From: an uncultured virus (IMG/VR IMGVR_UViG_3300036715_002711)
Taxonomy: Duplodnaviria; Heunggongvirae; Uroviricota; Caudoviricetes
Virus record (IMG/VR): IMGVR_UViG_3300036715_002711
Direction: 5' to 3' (one strand)
Length of the DNA stretch: 64,000 nucleotides
A program made the translations under genes and the position numbers. Shown here piece by piece: positions 60,017-64,000 of the stretch. A model generated the notes under the pieces. That model did no database searches and had not been told where the DNA came from. It saw only the letters and a list, made by a program, of their open reading frames with translations. Every line of letters begins with the position of its first letter. Position 1 is the first letter of the stretch.

Positions 60017-61032
60017 CAGTTCGCCTTTATAAGTCAACAGATACTGGAGCGCCGGTCTTGAGCGGCACCGCCGGCGCGCTTGTCGCGCTGCTCGATGCTG
60101 TGCTTGTGAACGGTTACGGCTCGCAGCCTGGCGCTGGCTGGTCAAAAGCATTTGCAGGTACCAACACCGCTTCATATCGTGCAGCAACCGGCACCCGCTA
60201 TTACTTGATGGTTGATGATTCAGCTACTTTTGTGACAGCCGCCTTTGCCGAGCTGCGCGGCTATGAGACAATGACTGACGCAACGGATGATGGCACGAAT
60301 CCGTTTCCAAGCGTCGCTCAAGCAACAAACGGGCAGACCGTTAATAAAAGCTCAACAGTTAGCGCAACCGCGCGCCCGTGGATGGCCATCGTTCATGACC
60401 GCGCGTTTTACTTCATGTGCGGCAGCGCTAGCTCGTCGGCTGTCTATACACAAATCACCGGTTCTGGCTTGAACCAAGCGTTTGATATGTGGTTCTTTGG
60501 CGAGATCAAGAGTCACAAGCAGACTACGGACACGTACAATTGCTTCCTGCTGACCAACCTGACAAATACACTGTATCAAGGCTTAGGCTCTGAATCAACC
60601 TGGGGGACAACGATGTCCAATCACTGGATGGCGCGCAACTACAACGGTGCTAAGATCTCTCACCCTTGTGCATGCCAAGTCACCGGCATGGTCAACGGCA
60701 TGACTATCATGGCACCTGACTCTACGGGCTTCTTGGGTTTCCCTGAGCAGGGTACGGGCGAAGTAGGTATTGTGGGCATTGAGCTTGCTGAGCAGTCTGA
60801 AAATTCTACCAATTTGGTGCAATGGCTGATTCGTGGCCGTTTGCCAGGAGGTTATGGTGGCCTGACATATGCTGCGTCGGTTATCAACGGTGGTCTTGAA
60901 AATTCAGGCTATATTTGGAACGGTACAGGCGCGTATGCAGGTCGCCAGTTTATAGGCCTTACGTTCTACTATACCAGCAGCAACGGTGTTGCCCCTTTCA
61001 TCATCGAACTAACGGATAACTGGTACGCATAA
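60013..61032 (+). CDS. virion fibre-associated protein, paralog 1
   Basis: STDTGAPVLSG..LLDAVLVNGYG..GW..RGRLPG. Confidence 0.85.
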   Translation: MTVRLYKSTDTGAPVLSGTAGALVALLDAVLVNGYGSQPGAGWSKAFAGTNTASYRAATGTRYYLMVDDSATFVTAAFAELRGYETMTDATDDGTNPFPSVAQATNGQTVNKSSTVSATARPWMAIVHDRAFYFMCGSASSSAVYTQITGSGLNQAFDMWFFGEIKSHKQTTDTYNCFLLTNLTNTLYQGLGSESTWGTTMSNHWMARNYNGAKISHPCACQVTGMVNGMTIMAPDSTGFLGFPEQGTGEVGIVGIELAEQSENSTNLVQWLIRGRLPGGYGGLTYAASVINGGLENSGYIWNGTGAYAGRQFIGLTFYYTSSNGVAPFIIELTDNWYA

Positions 61033-62012
61033 TGGCAACAACTTTCTATGACAGCGATGCCTCCGCGCCGACTCTGACAAGCAGCGCAGGTTCGTTCATC
61101 GCGCTGCTTGACGCATGCTTGGTCACAGGGTACGGTTCAAAAACAGGCCTTGGTTGGACCAAGGACTATTCAGGTACCAATGTTGCTGTTTACCGGGCAC
61201 CAGGCGGTAACAGGCACTACATCCGAGTTGACGATACTGACACGCAAGTTGTACGCGTGGTAGGTTTTGAGTCAATGACCGGATTGAGCACAGGCTTTAA
61301 CCAGTTCCCAACTGATGCGCAGGTATCGGGTGGCTTGTACTTGCGAAAGACCAGCGGCGGCACGTCGGGTTGGATCCTAGCGGGTAATGACCGTTGCTTC
61401 TACTTCTTCCCTGAGGTTGGAAATGCGTGGGCTGCAGGTTCTACAACCGGTTCATCATGCGGACAGTTCTTCTTTGGTGACTTTATTAGCTATCGTTCTG
61501 GTGACCAGTTCAACACAATGATCATCGGCTCAACTTCGAGCACCGCTGGCATGGGTAACTTTGCACAGCTAAACTCAAGCGGCTCACCGGCTGCAGGTCA
61601 TCTTGGCCACTACATCTGCCGCGGCATCCTGCAGCTAAAGAGGTCAATCGGTTGCTATAAGTCAGCCATGCGGTACCTTGCCAGCAATAACTACTCGGAC
61701 TTTGCCCTGGGCGTGTGGAACGGCTTTGTGACATCGTATCCTGATCCTGTCTCTGGAATGATCACGATGCAACGGATTCAAATTTCTGAACGTGGGTTGC
61801 AACAAAATCCTAACCTAGCCACGGACATAATTGTGGCGCGCGGCTACCTGCCTGGCTTGTGGGCTCCGCAACAGACTGGCTTCAACCACGGTGATACGTT
61901 CAATGGCACCGCTTCACAGACCTATCTCGTTGTCACCGCTTACACGCGCAACAACGCGCTAACTACAACTGTCACCGGGAAAGCCTTTCTCGAGACTAGC
62001 AATACCTGGTAA
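61032..62012 (+). CDS. virion fibre-associated protein, paralog 2
   Basis: DSDASAPTL..LLDACLVTGYG..FFFGDF..YPDP..RGYLPG. Confidence 0.85.
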   Translation: MATTFYDSDASAPTLTSSAGSFIALLDACLVTGYGSKTGLGWTKDYSGTNVAVYRAPGGNRHYIRVDDTDTQVVRVVGFESMTGLSTGFNQFPTDAQVSGGLYLRKTSGGTSGWILAGNDRCFYFFPEVGNAWAAGSTTGSSCGQFFFGDFISYRSGDQFNTMIIGSTSSTAGMGNFAQLNSSGSPAAGHLGHYICRGILQLKRSIGCYKSAMRYLASNNYSDFALGVWNGFVTSYPDPVSGMITMQRIQISERGLQQNPNLATDIIVARGYLPGLWAPQQTGFNHGDTFNGTASQTYLVVTAYTRNNALTTTVTGKAFLETSNTW

Positions 62013-62029
62013 ATAGCTTAGGAGATCAT

Positions 62030-63004
62030 ATGACTGTTCGCGTTTATCGCTCGTCCGACGCAGGTGCGCCGACCCTTTCCGGCACAACCGGTAGCCTTCT
62101 AGCCTTGCTAGATTCGGTCCTCATTAGCGGCTATGGCTCGTCTACTGGTTCTGGTTGGACCAAGCCGTATAGCGCTACCAATATCGCTGTTTACCGTACT
62201 GCAGGCGGCAATCAACGATACCTGCGCCTGGATGACTCAAACGCTACGCCAGCGCGTTTCCACGGCTATGAAACGATGTCAAGCGACTCAGTGGGAGTCA
62301 ATAATTTTTCACAAGACCTAGGCACGTCATTCTCGCAAGCGGCTGGCTACCCGATCATGAAGAGCAGCACCGCTGATGCTACCGCTCGTGCGTGGGTAAT
62401 CATTACATCGGCTACCGCGATGTACATGTTCATCGAGCCAACCTCGACCCCGACTACGTGGGAGGCTTCGACCAACACCACAAACTCGAGCAACGGGCAG
62501 TTCTTCTTCGGTGACTTCATTAGCTACCGTCCGGGCGACACATACAACACGGCTATCTTCGGGCCTGTGAACACAACGGCCGGTACCGGACAGTTCGGCT
62601 CTTGCTCAAACAGCATCTCCTCATCGGCAGCCAGCGGGCACTACATCTGCCGTGGCTACTTGGGCCAAGGTCAGGGCGGCGTTAAGTTCCACAAGGGGCT
62701 TCCAGGCCAGTATGCCAGCGTAACTACGATGGGCGCGTCTAGCTCGTCAAACACGTATCCCGACCCACTGACAGGCGGCATCTTACTAACGTCGGTTGAG
62801 CTTGCTGAGATTGTGGCAAGCAGCTACCATGTCGTGCGCGGGCGGATGCCAGGCATGTGGGCTCCGATCTCGTCTCTCGCCGGCTCGCACGGCGACATCA
62901 TCACCGGCACCGGCGTAGTAGCTGGCAAGACCCTGCTTTGCGTTGTTGTGTACACAGGCAGCACAGCAGGTCGGTGCTTCATTGAAATCAGCGATACCTG
63001 GTAA
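62030..63004 (+). CDS. virion fibre-associated protein, paralog 3
   Basis: SSDAGAPTLSG..LLDSVLISGYG..FFFGDF..YPDP..RGRMPG. Confidence 0.85.
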   Translation: MTVRVYRSSDAGAPTLSGTTGSLLALLDSVLISGYGSSTGSGWTKPYSATNIAVYRTAGGNQRYLRLDDSNATPARFHGYETMSSDSVGVNNFSQDLGTSFSQAAGYPIMKSSTADATARAWVIITSATAMYMFIEPTSTPTTWEASTNTTNSSNGQFFFGDFISYRPGDTYNTAIFGPVNTTAGTGQFGSCSNSISSSAASGHYICRGYLGQGQGGVKFHKGLPGQYASVTTMGASSSSNTYPDPLTGGILLTSVELAEIVASSYHVVRGRMPGMWAPISSLAGSHGDIITGTGVVAGKTLLCVVVYTGSTAGRCFIEISDTW

Positions 63005-63007
63005 GCC

Positions 63008-63472
63008 ATGGCAGCTCTTTCATATGTCGGCACAACGTTTGACCAGCGAATCGCCGCGCAGGTCACGCAAGCTGGCGCTGTTCAAACAATCGGACGCGCC
63101 TTCACAAAGGGCTACACTGACCGAATCCCTGGCGCTTTTGGCGGTAGCTTGTGGACAGCTACAGGTTGGCCAGAGTTTGTTCTAGGCAATAACGCCAATC
63201 GGTCATCCTTTGACCTGTACCCAAATACTAAAGAGCTCCGCGGCTTCGTACAAAACGGGGCGGGTACCGGCATTGCACGCACGGTCATTGCAATCAGCCA
63301 AACAAATAACGCTGTCGTTGGCTCATCAGTTAGTGACCCGTCAACCGGTGCATTTACGTTGCAGCTTGTCTGTGCAAATGAAGCCAAGGTGACTGTCATC
63401 GCTATCCCAGCTGCCGGCGACATGCGTAACGTTGTAGCATATCGAGACATCGTTCCCGTCGTTCACGTATGA
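63008..63472 (+). CDS. virion-associated protein with Ig/transthyretin-like C-terminus
   Basis: ARTVIAI..SVSDPSTGAF. Confidence 0.75.
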   Translation: MAALSYVGTTFDQRIAAQVTQAGAVQTIGRAFTKGYTDRIPGAFGGSLWTATGWPEFVLGNNANRSSFDLYPNTKELRGFVQNGAGTGIARTVIAISQTNNAVVGSSVSDPSTGAFTLQLVCANEAKVTVIAIPAAGDMRNVVAYRDIVPVVHV

Positions 63473-64000
63473 CAACTCCGGAGAAGCTAGGCCCCTACTG
63501 GGTCAAGAAGCTAACCGGCGACATTCCGCCGATCCCATACCGCTTGCTCATCTTCAATGATGTCGGGCAGGTTAATGCTGAACGACCGGTTGCAGGCACA
63601 TCATCTGATGCAACCGGCAACCTAAACCAGATCCAAGAGTTCTATAACGGCGGCACTGAGATCGGCGGCGTCTTTGGCCCGTCATGGGGCATCAGCTTCC
63701 CATACGGCTGGTACAAGTGCGTGTCAACCTCATGCTCGATCTCAACAGTGGGTCCAGCAGCACTGCTTTATGACCAGTTCAACTCGGTTGACGGCACGGA
63801 TCCGACAACCAGCACCCTGACTACCTTCCCTGTGGTAACTGGGCTGTCACAGTGGGTAACAACCACAGGTGACGCCAAGAACGCTGGGAAAGTCATGTAC
63901 AAGGCGCTCTTTGGCCCAGCGACGATAGATAACCTGCCTGTGCTGCTGGAATGTCATGCAACGCCTTCTAGAACGCCCTTCGTCACGTCATTCCCTTACT
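63469..64000 (+). CDS. hypothetical virion protein, 3'-partial
   Basis: MTTPEKLGPYWVKKL... open to window end; ATGA overlap. Confidence 0.7.
   Translation, partial: MTTPEKLGPYWVKKLTGDIPPIPYRLLIFNDVGQVNAERPVAGTSSDATGNLNQIQEFYNGGTEIGGVFGPSWGISFPYGWYKCVSTSCSISTVGPAALLYDQFNSVDGTDPTTSTLTTFPVVTGLSQWVTTTGDAKNAGKVMYKALFGPATIDNLPVLLECHATPSRTPFVTSFPY

Overview
This is a segment of a large, GC-rich tailed dsDNA (jumbo-like, T4-superfamily-style) phage genome, with no rRNA, CRISPR array or integrase. 1-2.2 kb is a minus-strand tRNA array with 7-8 conventional tRNAs. Several tRNA-shaped RNAs whose anticodon arm is missing, expanded or permuted sit among them. The array is preceded by a sigma70-like promoter, a boxA element and an attenuator-like Thr-rich leader. 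2.2-10.4 kb holds small genes, a damaged Pth2-like/HD region, tRNA-Arg, a TAXI receptor and a decaying ABC/PspA-like envelope module. 10.5-19.2 kb encodes four large fibre or collagen-like virion proteins. 19.2-53.2 kb encodes nucleotide, NAD and RNA-repair functions: ThyA, NTP-PPase, Nudix, WGR-PARP, Rnl1 ligase, dNMP kinases, two-subunit topoisomerase II, Pnk-like kinase, 5'(3')-deoxyribonucleotidase, NAMPT and NadM-Nudix. The same stretch has frameshifted CoaB/CoaD/CoaE-like genes, a dCMP-hydroxymethylase-like enzyme, homing endonucleases and two GT2-TPR glycosyltransferases. 53.3-64 kb is a plus-strand virion operon rich in (Gly-Pro-Thr)n collagen-like repeats and paralogous fibre genes. 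All calls come from reading motifs and folds by eye; no database searches or folding programs were run.
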